NCBI GenBank assembly: GCA_002269645.1
Contig: NIVC01000037.1
Span: forward strand, 186,001 to 250,000
Origin: Macrostomum lignano
Lineage: Eukaryota
Reading direction: 5' to 3'
DNA length: 64,000 nt
Shown here: piece after piece, positions 63,614 to 64,000 of the stretch
Position numbering within the stretch: the stretch's first letter is position 1
Layout of the letters: every line of letters begins with the position of its first letter
Made by a program: the position numbers and the translations under genes
Notes under the pieces: generated by a model
Database searches by the model: none
The model's input: only the letters and a program-made list of their open reading frames with translations
Told to the model about the DNA's origin: nothing

Positions 63614-64000
63614 CTGCCAGTGTGCGGTGGGGAAGGGGTGGGTGTTGTTTACAATCTGCCAGTGTGCGGTGGGGGAAGGGGTGGGTGTTTTTTACAATCT
63701 GCCAGTGTGCGGTGGGGGAAGGGGTGGGTGTTGTTTACAATCTGTGGGAGAAGGGTTTGGTGTTGTGTACAATCTGCCAGTGTGCAGTGGGGGAAGGGGT
63801 GGGTGTTGTTTACAATCTGCCAGTGTGCGGTGGGGGAAGGGGTGGGTGTTTTTTACAATCTGCAAGTGTGCGGTGGGGGAAGGGGTGGGTGTTGTTTACA
63901 ATCTGTGGGAGAAGGGTTGGGTGTTGTGTACAATCTGCCAGTGTGCAGTGGGGGAAGGGGTGGGTGTTGTTTACAATCTGCCAGTGTGCGGTGGGGGAAG
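63609..64000. repeat. 42/43-bp minisatellite (acaatctgccagtgtgcggtgggggaaggggtgggtgttgttt)n overlapping a splice acceptor
   Basis: Tandem copies run to the window end, with a shorter interspersed variant of about 32 bp. Confidence 0.96.

Overview
Eukaryotic (metazoan) genomic DNA with GT-AG introns, GC-rich exons and abundant micro- and minisatellites. The overall style suggests a free-living flatworm such as Macrostomum, but this is an inference and is not provable from the window. Left to right: (1) a near-complete RNase H-bearing non-LTR retrotransposon (1-5185, +) lying antisense in an intron of (2) a receptor guanylyl cyclase of the natriuretic-peptide-receptor type (-, 9 exons reconstructed at 6027-18730, continuing left of the window); (3) an orphan pair of exons encoding a signal peptide plus the N-terminal half of a second ANF-receptor ligand-binding domain (-, 25168-28614), with no kinase or cyclase exons of its own; (4) a two-exon DEG/ENaC channel (+, 35545-37432); (5) a divergent Rheb GTPase (+, 40615-48827); (6) LRRC59 (+, 51496-58431); (7) the 3' part of an FBXO25/FBXO32 (atrogin-1)-like gene (-, 61884-63613). 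About 20 tandem-repeat arrays, two truncated LINE copies, several MITE/DNA-transposon relics and a tyrosine-recombinase relic make up the rest. Most long ORFs in the supplied track are translations of tandem repeats. The best leads are: the orphan ligand-binding exons that are splice-phase compatible with exon 3 of the downstream cyclase; a minisatellite built from a splice acceptor; CpG decay concentrated in housekeeping-gene introns; a Rheb with rewritten switch regions; and a DEG/ENaC that has apparently lost disulfides in pairs. All exon models were read by eye and are not validated by RNA data.
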